Of a DNA stretch of 64,000 bases, positions 1 to 10,827 are shown in pieces; position 1 is the stretch's first letter; every line of letters starts with the position of its first letter. Source of the stretch: a virus (taxonomy: Duplodnaviria > Caudoviricetes); IMG/VR virus record IMGVR_UViG_3300005614_000001, positions 52,929-116,928 of that record. The stretch is one strand, 5' to 3'. Both the position numbers and the translations under genes were made by a program. The notes beneath the pieces were generated by a model. It was not told the DNA's origin, searched no databases, and worked only from the letters and a program-made list of their open reading frames with translations.

Positions 1-364
1 TCTGGGAAGCCATAAGGGATTTTATCTGTGAGGCTGAAGCCACAGCATTTTGTATAGTTGGGTCTTTGTATATCTGTCCTGCAAGTGCCCCCACCTGGTT
101 TAACATAGCGGGGTTGCTCCAATCAGCTCCTGCTACAGATTGTAACTTAGAGGTTAGATCATCTACTTTAGATTGTACATATTGTTTCCTGTGGTCTCCA
201 TAAACCTCCAGTCCACCAACAGAATCTAATACTCCTTGTACTCTTTGTACCCCCTGGTTATACTGCTGCTGCTTTTCCATCCCTGCCTGTACATAGGCAT
301 TTACATCATATTTGCCAATATAAGGAGTTAGGGGAAGTGGTTGATTATCAAGGTATGAGGCCAA
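1..364 (-). CDS. Partial ORF (runs off the window start): crAss-like cargo/ejected virion protein of the type found upstream of the virion RNA polymerase
   Basis: Not in the ORF track. Manual translation from TTG at 364 gives MASYLDNQPLPLTPYIGKYDVNAYVQAGMEKQQQYNQGVQRVQ..., open to the window edge. A TACCTTTG promoter lies upstream, and the position after the cargo genes fits crAss synteny. Confidence 0.7.
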   Translation of the reverse strand, partial: MASYLDNQPLPLTPYIGKYDVNAYVQAGMEKQQQYNQGVQRVQGVLDSVGGLEVYGDHRKQYVQSKVDDLTSKLQSVAGADWSNPAMLNQVGALAGQIYKDPTIQNAVASASQIKSLMASQ

Positions 365-388
365 AGGAATTAGTATTTGAAAGGTTTA

Positions 389-396
389 CAAAGGTA
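389..396 (-). promoter_or_regulatory. Bacteroidota-type -7 promoter element TACCTTTG
   Basis: CAAAGGTA on + equals TAnnTTTG on -, 24 nt upstream of the start at 364. Confidence 0.55.
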
Positions 397-450
397 TTAC
401 TTATTTTAATTATATACAACTTCTTAAGTTATATTGTTTAACAGTTTAGA

Positions 451-2424
451 TTATTTCTTAGCCTTCTTTTTCAGCTTGATGGGGGTTTTACCACCATACT
501 TCTGTATATTAGTTTGCATGGCTTTCTTTCTATCTATTTCTGCCTGGTATTGTTCTTTAGCATCTCTATATCCACCATAGTGTATTTCCTTGCTTCCTAT
601 AATATTTCCTGAAGGATCTCTTTCTATTTCAGTTCTTATATTACTGCTATTTCCACTGGCTCCCAGACCAATATTAGACCCTGGTGCAAAATTAGCATCT
701 GGCCCCTGGTATTGCAGGTTCATATTCTGGTCTGGTCTATAATTAAACCTGTTTTCTTCCAGGCGGATAGTATTATTCTCTCTCCTGTTTTGGGCTATTT
801 TAGAAGCCAGGGATGCAAGTGCTTCTCTCTGGTGCTGTTTAGTGTAGGTTTCTGCAGCAGTTTGTCTTTGGTTCTCTGTATCTGCAAATTGCAGGTTCTT
901 TAATTTAGCATCATTTAGCAATCCAATATTCTTATTGGTTACTTCATTCTGTATTCCCTGGTTAGTTCTAAACTGTTCAGCCTGAACTGCGTTATCTGCA
1001 CTGTACTTCTGGGCAGCAAGAGCAGCTAAAGCTGAAGGATTACTATGTACCTGGTCTTCTACTGCTTTAAAAGTAGCATTGTTTTGATTTAGCCTATCCT
1101 GGAAAGATACATTATAAGGAGTGAAGAGCTGAGGGTTATACTGCTGGTGAGGAACAGGAGTAGGTCTTTCAGCTAACCCTGCAAGTTCCGGGAGAATATC
1201 TGATATCCCCAGTTTATTTCTATCTGCCAGGGATGTCATCTTTTTAGCCTGTGGTGTTACAAAGCCAGGATCTGGTTTATACCTGCTTACCATCTCATTT
1301 ACATCTACAGGATTGAGATTACCTGGGGCATTTCCAGCGGGCTGAATTGGGGAAATGGTATCTCTTACAGGAATTGGTTGTATATCCTGGTATGGAAGAG
1401 GTTTTATAGGAGCTGTACTAACTGGAGTATTATCATAATACTTTCCATCTTCTCCATAAGTTATAGTATTTTTCAGCTTTCCAAATTCATCAGGAGCTAA
1501 TTCTCCTACCTTCTTATTAGCTATATCACCAAGACTAATATTATATCCACTTCCACCAGTCCATTTCTTTATGGCATCTTTTACCGGGAGGTTTTTATAA
1601 GTAGGGGATTTTAACAATGCCTGCATGGCATTTAACCCTGAAGTAGTATCTGGGAATTTAGCAAACCTTCCACCATCAGTAGAAGGATCTCCAGGAACTG
1701 CACCATATTTTTGCTGCCATGGAGCATACTTTAAATTACCTGGATTGTTATGCCTTACAGCTACTGAAGAAGAGGAGGTTGTATTATCTCCACTTCCATC
1801 CCCTTGGCTACCACCATCTGCATAGATAGGAATAGAACCACCATTTTTAAGCATCTTAGATAACTCTTTTGGCTTCACCCCAGTTTTATCAGCAGTTTCC
1901 AGCATCCAGTTCTGTATAGTGGAGAGATCTTCTTTCTGTTGGGCTAAATCCTTCTGTTTTATATTGGCCCCTTCCTGCATTACTCTCCCTGAATTGAAAG
2001 CAAATGCCTGGAACTTATTATATGGATCCTGGGTATTTATTAGCCCTGAAGCTGTATCTAACTGCTTTCCGGCTTTAGCCTCCTGCTCCCCAATCTCCTT
2101 CCCAACAGTTTTAAATTTCTTATCCATTGTAGGAACTTTCATGTTCCCTAAAATATTTAAGTTGTTATCTCTCCCTATAAAAGCAGTCTCCGAGCCCTCT
2201 ACTTCCAGAGGATTTTCTCCATAAGACATTTTAATTCCCCCCTGGTCATGAGAGTTACCATGAAATTGCATCATTCCCCCATTATACGGGTTATGAGAGA
2301 TTGGAACTACTCCTCCTCCATCATATATCTGTATACCATTTTCAGCTTGTGGAATTCCGGTAACTCTTACCTTACTTATTCCACCATCTTCCATTTTTGG
2401 TATACCTTTTACTTTTACTTTCAT
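451..2424 (-). CDS. Cargo/ejection virion protein with an internal lysozyme-like (RHNNPGNL) domain
   Basis: 657 aa. Has the crAss cargo-type HDQGGI...EVEGSE motif, the AVRHNNPGNLKY...FAKFPDTTSGLNAM segment typical of virion muralytic domains, and repeated xxGG motifs. Confidence 0.6.
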   Translation of the reverse strand: MKVKVKGIPKMEDGGISKVRVTGIPQAENGIQIYDGGGVVPISHNPYNGGMMQFHGNSHDQGGIKMSYGENPLEVEGSETAFIGRDNNLNILGNMKVPTMDKKFKTVGKEIGEQEAKAGKQLDTASGLINTQDPYNKFQAFAFNSGRVMQEGANIKQKDLAQQKEDLSTIQNWMLETADKTGVKPKELSKMLKNGGSIPIYADGGSQGDGSGDNTTSSSSVAVRHNNPGNLKYAPWQQKYGAVPGDPSTDGGRFAKFPDTTSGLNAMQALLKSPTYKNLPVKDAIKKWTGGSGYNISLGDIANKKVGELAPDEFGKLKNTITYGEDGKYYDNTPVSTAPIKPLPYQDIQPIPVRDTISPIQPAGNAPGNLNPVDVNEMVSRYKPDPGFVTPQAKKMTSLADRNKLGISDILPELAGLAERPTPVPHQQYNPQLFTPYNVSFQDRLNQNNATFKAVEDQVHSNPSALAALAAQKYSADNAVQAEQFRTNQGIQNEVTNKNIGLLNDAKLKNLQFADTENQRQTAAETYTKQHQREALASLASKIAQNRRENNTIRLEENRFNYRPDQNMNLQYQGPDANFAPGSNIGLGASGNSSNIRTEIERDPSGNIIGSKEIHYGGYRDAKEQYQAEIDRKKAMQTNIQKYGGKTPIKLKKKAKK

Positions 2425-2433
2425 ATAATATTT

Positions 2434-3840
2434 TTATTCAAATGAATATCCCATTGCTTGATAATGTGCAATTTCTTCCGGTGTAAGTTCTAATTCCTGC
2501 CCTACAGAAAGCCCATTTTCTCCATGTTTCCAGTGGCTGGCGTTTTGAGCAAATATTGCACGTTTCCTGGTAAGAGGATTTTTAGAATGAGTTAATTCTT
2601 CTGTACTTTTACCAGTTTTTTTCTTCAGAGCATTAAATTTTCCCTTGTTCTTTGGGTTTATATGTATACCGCTTGCTGCTTCAGGTATCTCCATACCATC
2701 TTCTGCTTTTCCGCCTCCTGCTATAAAACCAAAATATTTCTTTTGTTTAGGGGTAAGAGGATGCCCTTGTGCAGTTCCATCTCTTAGTATCTCTTTTGCT
2801 TTTTCAGGACTTAAAGAGCCTCCATTTGCCATTGTTCTATCATCATGTGTATCTGGTGCATAAGTTCTGTTAGCTACCTGACCCATCCACTTCCCACCAG
2901 TTTGACCCCCATATTCAAATGGCATATAATCCTGTATTGGGATTTGTTGGGAATAGTCGTGTCTTATATTCCCCAGTATCTGGGTATTTGATTGAGGGTG
3001 AAAGTTTTGTCTCTCCTCTCTGAACTGATCATAACTTCTATTCACCGGAAAACCATTGTAAGTTTCCGGAAGAGAGTTCAGTAGTTGGGGAATTTGCGAG
3101 CTATTGTACCCATAAGGATCAATAGAATAAGAATCAGGCTTACCATAGCTATTATAGGTTGGAACATAATTAAACCCCCGCATAGGGTATTGCTTTTCTC
3201 TGTTCACCGGAGTAGCTACTGTAGCTCTGTTTATTCTATTACCATATATATCTACTTCCGGGAGGGTATTACTCGCGGGAGGATTATATATTGGTTGATT
3301 TGGAATATCTTCTGTTACCTGTATATTATGCTTTCTATAGCTTCTTTGTGTATAGTCATCTGCTACTCCACCATCTGCATATATTTCCCCACCATATTTG
3401 AATATAGCCTGGCTTCCTGTACCTTGAGAGTATTGGGAGTCTGTTAACTGGTTATAAGGTCTTATTCTCCTTGACTGGTGTTCTGGTATCATTGCATCTG
3501 CAAACTGTAAACCTGCAGCAAGTAAATCGCCAGTACCTGGGGTAGTAAAGGAAAAACCTTTCTTCTTTGGAGTTTGTTTATTTCCATCTATAGGTTGAAA
3601 GTTTGTTTGTTGATTTTGGTCCTGCATTCCTTGCATCTGGTTATTATCCTGTATTCCTTGATTGATAGCCATAGGAGAATGCCAGTTAGGATCTTGTTGA
3701 TACTGGTTTTGATATTGCTGCCATGGATAGAGACTATATCCATTATCTGCTATAGGCATCATATTACTATCAGGGGGAAGAGTTGGAATTTGCATTTTTG
3801 CACTGCCTCTTTTCTTTGGTTTAATCTTTTTACTTTTCAT
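2434..3840 (-). CDS. Cargo/internal virion protein, low complexity with xxGG repeats
   Basis: 468 aa, Q/N/P-rich. Contains the modules LSPEKAKEILRDG...LTPKQKKYFG and GIHINPKNKGKF...RKRAIFAQNA, and lies directly downstream of the muzzle gene. Confidence 0.55.
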   Translation of the reverse strand: MKSKKIKPKKRGSAKMQIPTLPPDSNMMPIADNGYSLYPWQQYQNQYQQDPNWHSPMAINQGIQDNNQMQGMQDQNQQTNFQPIDGNKQTPKKKGFSFTTPGTGDLLAAGLQFADAMIPEHQSRRIRPYNQLTDSQYSQGTGSQAIFKYGGEIYADGGVADDYTQRSYRKHNIQVTEDIPNQPIYNPPASNTLPEVDIYGNRINRATVATPVNREKQYPMRGFNYVPTYNSYGKPDSYSIDPYGYNSSQIPQLLNSLPETYNGFPVNRSYDQFREERQNFHPQSNTQILGNIRHDYSQQIPIQDYMPFEYGGQTGGKWMGQVANRTYAPDTHDDRTMANGGSLSPEKAKEILRDGTAQGHPLTPKQKKYFGFIAGGGKAEDGMEIPEAASGIHINPKNKGKFNALKKKTGKSTEELTHSKNPLTRKRAIFAQNASHWKHGENGLSVGQELELTPEEIAHYQAMGYSFE

Positions 3841-3844
3841 ATTA

Positions 3845-6800
3845 TTATTTATATGATGTTTGTGTAGGGAATAATGTAAACTGTGACAATAGCTTTACAT
3901 CACTTTTATTATCCAGGATATGTCTTACTTTTGCATTCTTACCCCTGATAGTATCTTTCCTAAAGCTCCTGGTACTATAATCCAGGTTATCTGTATTCAG
4001 CACTTTATTAGTCATAGATAGATCACAACTATCTGAAAAGAATGCCTCTGTATTTCCATTACTTATATTCCAGAAGGTGTTATACTGGTAGATATTATCT
4101 GTCTTGGTAACTAATATATCCTTTGAATCACTATTGAATTTAGGGTATTTTAAATATGCTGATAAGTCATTCTGTGGTTTTGGGATAAGATTTAATACCC
4201 CGGTACACTGATAATCATTAGAGATGATGGACTTATTAAAGTAGTCATTAGTACTATAATAATTATTCAAACTTGTATACTTCCTGGATACACAATAATC
4301 TCTTACAGATTGCAGGATTTGATCTTCTGCACCTTGGAACACCAAAGGGTATTCTAATATGTATGGATATTGTTTACCATAGAAGTTATTAAATACAGAG
4401 AATGTTTGATTATGGTTCCATAATGTAGCACCTGTAGCAGTATTATTTCCACTCTGGAAATAGTTAGCAAATGGCACATAATAGTTTGGGAGATAACTAT
4501 GATAAGCTATCCATCCCCCTGTTTTAAAACTATAAGATATGCTCCAGCTTTTATTACAGAAGTACTTAGGGTCTGTAAGCTGTATTTCTATTAAAGGTTG
4601 ATTACATATTACATTTCCTTGTGCTAACTGGTTAGTTGGGGTGTCATTTAAAGAAGTATATGGATTAAAATAGAACTTTCCATTATCATAAGTAATAGCA
4701 TCAGAAAGTGGAATATAATCCAGTTTGGTGATGATAAGCCTTTGATAGAACATATCATATACTCCATGTAACCCTACACCAGAAAAGTGATTATCTATAT
4801 CTACTGCCGGGAAGTATTTGTTTATATTAAATGGAAGGAATTGAGAGAACCACTTATCCATCCCATTACTTGTGATGTCGGTTACTTTACTTCCCTGTAG
4901 CAGTAATACTTCTCCTCTTACTGCATCTATAAATATATGTCCAAACTCTGTCCTTAAAAGAAATTTATGCTGGCTCCCTGCATATCCTATATCTGTTTCA
5001 GATAGGTCTATTGGTTGCTGAGAGAATAGTTCAGAGTTCCCAAGATATGCCTGTTGTGGGAGAGATGTATTTACTACTGTAAGAGCATTATATATCTGGC
5101 TCTTATTATCAAATCTAACCAACACTTCTCTGTTCTCTATAGTATCTATTGCAGTAAGCCCGCCGTAAGCTTTTGGAAAATCATGGTATGCTGCAGGTTT
5201 ATACACCAACCAGTTATTCTTTGTTTCCTCCAGGGTGCTCTGGTCACTCCATATAGCTCTATTAGGGAAGTTAGTGAGACAAGGTTTATTAGGGTCATAA
5301 TCTTCCCTTAAATGTCCAAAATAGTCTTCTTTATTTTGCTTAGAATAGCTTTGGTTATAGTTATAAGTATTATCATTTGCTATAGAAACAAATGCCTCCT
5401 GTACCCATTCATCTGGAATGGTGGAGGATACATGTGGGTAGAAATCTCCTTCCTTGCTATTAGTTGCCTGGCGATAATCTACATTTACTTCACTTTCTAC
5501 AAAGAAATAAGGAATGCCGTATACAAATAAATACATCAACCCTTGTTCATATAACTCTTTACTTTTGAAGTTATCCAGGTTGAGGTTCCTTACCCCAAGG
5601 TTATTGAGTATCTCTTTTAGAATATCGAAGGTTATTTCCATTGCCACTACCCCTGCATACATCACCTGTACTGCATTAGCATCTATATTAGTGGTGATGG
5701 CCCCAACCTTACTTTGAATTATTTTAGCTATATCACTCCCTATCTTAACTGGTCTGGTAGAAAACCAGAACATCGGGTAGGTGAAATTGGCTATTTGATC
5801 ATATTCTATATCCGTCTGGTCTGCATCCAATACTGTATTTTCATCAAATATTGGAAGCTTTGTTTTCAGTGCAAACCTGTTAATGAATATATCTCCTCCA
5901 AATACTGTAGGGATAGATGTAAATGGAGTTCCGTCACTTTGATAAAGAGGTGAATAATACCCTGTACTTATAGTTTCATAAGAATATATCTGCCCCCATT
6001 GGTTAAGGAGCTGTCTTTTTATACTACCATAGTAAGAGGATATATTAGACTTCCTTACAGTCTCCGGGATACGGTTTATACTATTATCCTCCTGGTATGC
6101 TGCATAGCTATCCAGATAGGCATTATAAGCCACCACCTTATCAAAATCCTCTATTGTAGATGGTGAAGATACATTTAGGGCCTCCAGGTCTGCTTCTGTA
6201 TTTATGCCGCTATAAATATTTTTAACCTCATTATTTGCAGTAATAAAAGCACCAATATTACCTGCTATGTACACCTGATAAGACTCTTGTTTTAATGAGT
6301 CAAAAGTTATATAAACAGGGGTTCCGTGAACAGATGTATTTACTTTTAATTTATTATTTAATGGGTCACGAGTGGCAGCATCGAAGTTATTATATTCAAA
6401 TATAACTGAAGTCCCACCAGCCTGTGTGCTGGAAAAGAACTGGAGTGAATTTGTTATATCTTGTTGATTACCACTTATTAATAGAAATGTATAAGTTCCA
6501 CAATCAAAGGTGGTGGAGGGAACCCCCGTAGTTGGATCTATACAGGGAGACATATTTATGTCCATTAACTGCAGTGTACCAAGCTTTACCCCAGTTGCAT
6601 CCAGGTAGTCATATGTATCACCTATAGTAGGGAGTACTTTAAACTGATTAGTGCAGTTAAATATATATACCTGTGGTCCTGTATAAGAGGAATTCAGTAA
6701 TTCTGTAGATATAGAACTATCAGATACAGTAGTTGTTTTTGCAGAAAGGAAGAGATTAAAATAAGTATCCCACAAATCTGCATTTGTATAAGAGGAGATA

Positions 6801-9328
6801 TTATACCTGGATGTATCTTTCTTTATACTGCTGTCATACTCATGCGGGTAGGGAAGAATATCAGTGCTTTTAGTTACTGCAGTATTTAAATATACACTGC
6901 TCTCCCTCTGAAAGTTATTTATTACATTAGTACCCTCTATCTGGTTATAACCATCATTTAAATACTTCCCAAAATTTATAGCTCTTTGCTTTGTTCCTGC
7001 ATTTGGAACAGGGAAATACTTATTATAAAGCCCATAGGAGTTAAAAGAGTACCCGAAATTACTATAGGGGAGGATCTTATTTAAGATATCTAAAGTTGCC
7101 TGGAAAGATGGAGCAAAATTCTCTGGGGCAAAGTTAGCACCTACTCCATAATCCCATGGAGTAGTGTAGGTTACTGTTCCGTTTATAGTAGACGCAACAC
7201 CTCCACCATAGGCTACATTATACCCATTTTTATTTAAAAATAGATAGTTTGCATTCTGGTTTACAGATACAAAGTGTCCATAACTCTCTCCGTACTCTAT
7301 AGTTTCTACTTTGAGTATCCCACTATCTATCCCTGTGGGTTGATAGAAATGTGTATCCGGGGAATGAAAAGAAAACCTACTTCTACTATCATTATCTGCA
7401 AAACCATTTAATTGTTTATCAGGGCGAAAACCTCCATGATTTTGAATTAAAGTAGTGGTAAAGAAAGGATCCTCCCTTAAATCATTATATGGATAGTTGG
7501 GAAAGTAATAAGTCTGGCTATCTTCTGTGGTAACTGTTACATCTTCACTTACTGGGGTATAGGTATACTTCCCCACATTGTTAAATATTCCTTTAGCTAT
7601 TACTGATTTATTAGAAGCTCTGTTCCCCCTGGCTATTTCAAATCCAGCTATCTGGTCTATTATACTTTGATCTATTCCACTTTCTTTTAAAGCAGAATAA
7701 ATACTTCCAATATCAACCCTCACCCCTATAGGGAAGATAGAATGTGTGTAGTTTGGATCTTCTCCAGTGTTGTTATCATGAATGTGTGTAATAAGACTAT
7801 CTGGGAATTTATGGTGCCTTATATTGGTGTTAGCTAATTCTCCCCATATAAGTGGATTATTTGGGTAGGTGTTTGTAGATTGCCAGTAGGCCATATCTCC
7901 ATATTGATACTTCCCTACATAGCAATTATCTGCTACTGTTCTGTTCTTATATTCATCTGCAAAGTCTATTAATGTTCCGGTATTATAAACTTCCCACCTC
8001 TTTTTGTCAGTTGGAGTATCACAAGGGTTTTGAAGAATAGATGCGCTATCAGGGTTATCTTCTGCTACTACCGGGAGAAGATCATAAGCATTTATAGCTC
8101 TCCCAGGTATGTGAAAACTCTTGGTTTTCATACCATTCTTAAATATAAATCTTCCCTCAAGAGCATACACTTCATCCCTCATATATCCTCTATACAAAGA
8201 GGTATTAAGACCATTATTGTACCCTTCAAAGTTATTGTAAGGGATTTTATAAGTTTCCCATTGCAGCTTTACCTTACTCCATACTGGCTGGAAGTTTATA
8301 TCTTCTGCAGAAGTAAGCCCATACCATCCAAGAACATTATCTACCTGAAATACCCCTTCTGCTGTATTATAGTAAGGAGAGGTTTCAAATATATCAGCTA
8401 TTGTTAACTGTATACTACTCTTTTCAGTCCCTGTATAAGTATATTTATACTCCGTTCCCACTACCGGAAAGGTACCAACCAGGTCTACAGATGTAATATT
8501 GTTTATAGTCTTTATTACAGCTATATTGAAATAATCGTACAGGCCAGTGGTATCCAGGTCTGTAATCTTTAAATCTATAGCTTTTGAAGTAGGGAGGTTA
8601 AAATCAGGGGTAGTTTCCTGCTGATATATACCAAGAGGGTTTGTTATATTATAATACGAAGTATATCCTTCTCCCAGGATGTTAGAGTATTGTATGGCAA
8701 ACTGGTAAGTCCCCATCACTAACTCTCCTCCCACATGTACTTCTGTAGGTTCTATTACAGGGAGTGAGAAGTTTGGTTGTACCAGGAGTTTGTTACAATC
8801 TACCAACCCAACCTGCTGTAATGGTTTAAATGCATTATCCGGATTTGGAACATCCACCCACGGGAGATTATCTAAATCTAAATACCTTCTTGGATTATAA
8901 TTATCAGTCCAGTATATTTGTGTAGAGCAATTAGTGGTTTTAACCACAGCCTCTCTTATTGGAGAAGAGAGATTAAAAGAAAGGCATTTTGAAGAAATGA
9001 TAGTCGTATACTGGCAATTTCCATCAAATACATACCCTATTTCACAGTCCCTTGTATCAGGATTTACTAACCAGAAGACGATCTTATTTATCTGCTGTAT
9101 ATTAGCAACTCCAATAACCCTCATTCCTGCAGGGAAAGTAACACATAAAGTATTTCCTCCTTCATTCTGATAAGTTATGCTATTACCATCAAAGTTCTCC
9201 ACTAATCCATTCAAAGCGTAGAGGATCTGCCCCGGCTTAAGAGATAAAGGATAACTATCCGTATTCATGCCTGTAGTGGCATAATTTACGGTAATGTTTG
9301 GATTATTATTTGATTGCTGATCAGCCAT
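3845..9328 (-). CDS. Muzzle / tail stabilisation protein (P22 gp10-like)
   Basis: 1827 aa. N-terminal GMNTD...YALN...NEGGN, IYWTDNYNPRRYLDLD, GYMRDEVY, GGDIFINRF and C-terminal SWSISYS...HSYLP motifs; crAss synteny. Confidence 0.85.
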   Translation of the reverse strand: MADQQSNNNPNITVNYATTGMNTDSYPLSLKPGQILYALNGLVENFDGNSITYQNEGGNTLCVTFPAGMRVIGVANIQQINKIVFWLVNPDTRDCEIGYVFDGNCQYTTIISSKCLSFNLSSPIREAVVKTTNCSTQIYWTDNYNPRRYLDLDNLPWVDVPNPDNAFKPLQQVGLVDCNKLLVQPNFSLPVIEPTEVHVGGELVMGTYQFAIQYSNILGEGYTSYYNITNPLGIYQQETTPDFNLPTSKAIDLKITDLDTTGLYDYFNIAVIKTINNITSVDLVGTFPVVGTEYKYTYTGTEKSSIQLTIADIFETSPYYNTAEGVFQVDNVLGWYGLTSAEDINFQPVWSKVKLQWETYKIPYNNFEGYNNGLNTSLYRGYMRDEVYALEGRFIFKNGMKTKSFHIPGRAINAYDLLPVVAEDNPDSASILQNPCDTPTDKKRWEVYNTGTLIDFADEYKNRTVADNCYVGKYQYGDMAYWQSTNTYPNNPLIWGELANTNIRHHKFPDSLITHIHDNNTGEDPNYTHSIFPIGVRVDIGSIYSALKESGIDQSIIDQIAGFEIARGNRASNKSVIAKGIFNNVGKYTYTPVSEDVTVTTEDSQTYYFPNYPYNDLREDPFFTTTLIQNHGGFRPDKQLNGFADNDSRSRFSFHSPDTHFYQPTGIDSGILKVETIEYGESYGHFVSVNQNANYLFLNKNGYNVAYGGGVASTINGTVTYTTPWDYGVGANFAPENFAPSFQATLDILNKILPYSNFGYSFNSYGLYNKYFPVPNAGTKQRAINFGKYLNDGYNQIEGTNVINNFQRESSVYLNTAVTKSTDILPYPHEYDSSIKKDTSRYNISSYTNADLWDTYFNLFLSAKTTTVSDSSISTELLNSSYTGPQVYIFNCTNQFKVLPTIGDTYDYLDATGVKLGTLQLMDINMSPCIDPTTGVPSTTFDCGTYTFLLISGNQQDITNSLQFFSSTQAGGTSVIFEYNNFDAATRDPLNNKLKVNTSVHGTPVYITFDSLKQESYQVYIAGNIGAFITANNEVKNIYSGINTEADLEALNVSSPSTIEDFDKVVAYNAYLDSYAAYQEDNSINRIPETVRKSNISSYYGSIKRQLLNQWGQIYSYETISTGYYSPLYQSDGTPFTSIPTVFGGDIFINRFALKTKLPIFDENTVLDADQTDIEYDQIANFTYPMFWFSTRPVKIGSDIAKIIQSKVGAITTNIDANAVQVMYAGVVAMEITFDILKEILNNLGVRNLNLDNFKSKELYEQGLMYLFVYGIPYFFVESEVNVDYRQATNSKEGDFYPHVSSTIPDEWVQEAFVSIANDNTYNYNQSYSKQNKEDYFGHLREDYDPNKPCLTNFPNRAIWSDQSTLEETKNNWLVYKPAAYHDFPKAYGGLTAIDTIENREVLVRFDNKSQIYNALTVVNTSLPQQAYLGNSELFSQQPIDLSETDIGYAGSQHKFLLRTEFGHIFIDAVRGEVLLLQGSKVTDITSNGMDKWFSQFLPFNINKYFPAVDIDNHFSGVGLHGVYDMFYQRLIITKLDYIPLSDAITYDNGKFYFNPYTSLNDTPTNQLAQGNVICNQPLIEIQLTDPKYFCNKSWSISYSFKTGGWIAYHSYLPNYYVPFANYFQSGNNTATGATLWNHNQTFSVFNNFYGKQYPYILEYPLVFQGAEDQILQSVRDYCVSRKYTSLNNYYSTNDYFNKSIISNDYQCTGVLNLIPKPQNDLSAYLKYPKFNSDSKDILVTKTDNIYQYNTFWNISNGNTEAFFSDSCDLSMTNKVLNTDNLDYSTRSFRKDTIRGKNAKVRHILDNKSDVKLLSQFTLFPTQTSYK

Positions 9329-9350
9329 TTATATTTTATATCACTATAGA

Positions 9351-10313
9351 TTACCACCATTTTAAACCTCTTCCACCTTTCCATCTGCTTTGATCTCCAG
9401 GGAGAGTGTATTTATTATTTCTATTGTATGAGCGAATAATTCCATGATTCTTCTGCTCAATGGTTTGTTTCTTAAGTTCAGTTTCTGCCAGAATAAATGC
9501 TTCTCCCTGCTCCTGGTCTGCTCTCTGCAGTTTCATTTGTATCTGGTTAAATGTTTCATCGGTTACCTGGTTAGACATTTGCTCAAATATTTTGAACTTT
9601 AAAAACTTCCTGATAAAATCCTGTACCCAGTAATCTTCTGGTACCAGTTGATCTCCATTTGCATCTGTAGGGTTGGCATAATATATGAGGAGAACCTGCC
9701 CAAATGGACAGTTGAGTATCATCTTTCCATCCCGGATATCATAAGTCCTTTCTCCTGCACCATACATATTATTTAAACAAGGTTGCCCCCCATATTCTAC
9801 TGCATTTATATTTCCTGGACGAAGGAGGAATTTCCTGGTAAACCTATAAATAGAAGCACCATTTATTTTATTTATTACTTCAAATTCTTCATTGCTATTG
9901 CAACATCCATCTGGTCCTACTATTTCACATGTTGGAGAGTTAGTAAAACAAGCATTACAACTATCTGTTATATTTGATATCCTGCAGTCTGTTTGGTAAT
10001 AAATAGATGATGCATCCCTTACAGGGTTGGAGAAAGTAGTTTCACATAACCATGCCTCTCTCACTGAATTAAAATCATCCGGGAGACAGGTTGTATAATC
10101 TTCCACATCCATTACTACAGGTTCTATCTTATAAGCAGACATTCTAAATCTCCTAAGACATTGCTCTGTCCATATAGGAAACATCATATCATCTACTGCC
10201 CCTGTATCAAAGTAACTCCTTAAAGTTTCCTTGACCTCTGCATAAAGAGGAGATGGAGAAGTGAATTTCATTTGGTAGTACCAACTCATAGTGGAGTATA
10301 AAAGTATCCTCAA
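9351..10313 (-). CDS. Tail ring / tubular protein (P22 gp4-like)
   Basis: 320 aa (start probably MSWYY), immediately upstream of the muzzle gene; LPDDFNSVREAW motif. Confidence 0.65.
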   Translation of the reverse strand: MRILLYSTMSWYYQMKFTSPSPLYAEVKETLRSYFDTGAVDDMMFPIWTEQCLRRFRMSAYKIEPVVMDVEDYTTCLPDDFNSVREAWLCETTFSNPVRDASSIYYQTDCRISNITDSCNACFTNSPTCEIVGPDGCCNSNEEFEVINKINGASIYRFTRKFLLRPGNINAVEYGGQPCLNNMYGAGERTYDIRDGKMILNCPFGQVLLIYYANPTDANGDQLVPEDYWVQDFIRKFLKFKIFEQMSNQVTDETFNQIQMKLQRADQEQGEAFILAETELKKQTIEQKNHGIIRSYNRNNKYTLPGDQSRWKGGRGLKWW

Positions 10314-10329
10314 ATATGAGGACAGTGAA

Positions 10330-10827
10330 TTAATATTTTCTTTTCACCCATTCCTTGTAAATATCTTTATAGATAGAGGATGGTGTTTTAAGGTAGGAGG
10401 CAAGAAGCCTGGATGGTATCCTTGCTATTTCAAATTTCCAGATGAAGGAACACTTTATCCTGGCATCTTTATATAACCAGGCCCAGTAGTAGTTATATCC
10501 ATCTGTATGATAGTTGAGGTGATAAACTCTCACCCCTTCTTCTTTACTTCTTTTATAATCTACAGAAAGAGCAATTATCTCCTCTCCTGTAGTTTTATTT
10601 ATCTTTCTTTTCTTCTTCTTATATTTATTGATAGTAATACAACCAAGTCCAAAAGGGAGTTTTATTTTATCCCCTGTATCCAAAATATGCTTTATTATCA
10701 GTTCATTATAGGTATAGAGGATCTTCTTATACTCTTCAAAAGATATTTTCACATCTTTATTACTCTTACAAAATAGTTTGTAGTTTTCCCTGGATGCTGT
10801 TCTGAACTCTAGTTTTGGTCTGGGCAT
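10330..10827 (-). CDS. IHF/HU-like DNA-binding protein (crAss tail-module type)
   Basis: Basic 165 aa; GDKIKLPFGLGCITI and YHLNYHTDGY motifs. Confidence 0.7.
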   Translation of the reverse strand: MPRPKLEFRTASRENYKLFCKSNKDVKISFEEYKKILYTYNELIIKHILDTGDKIKLPFGLGCITINKYKKKKRKINKTTGEEIIALSVDYKRSKEEGVRVYHLNYHTDGYNYYWAWLYKDARIKCSFIWKFEIARIPSRLLASYLKTPSSIYKDIYKEWVKRKY

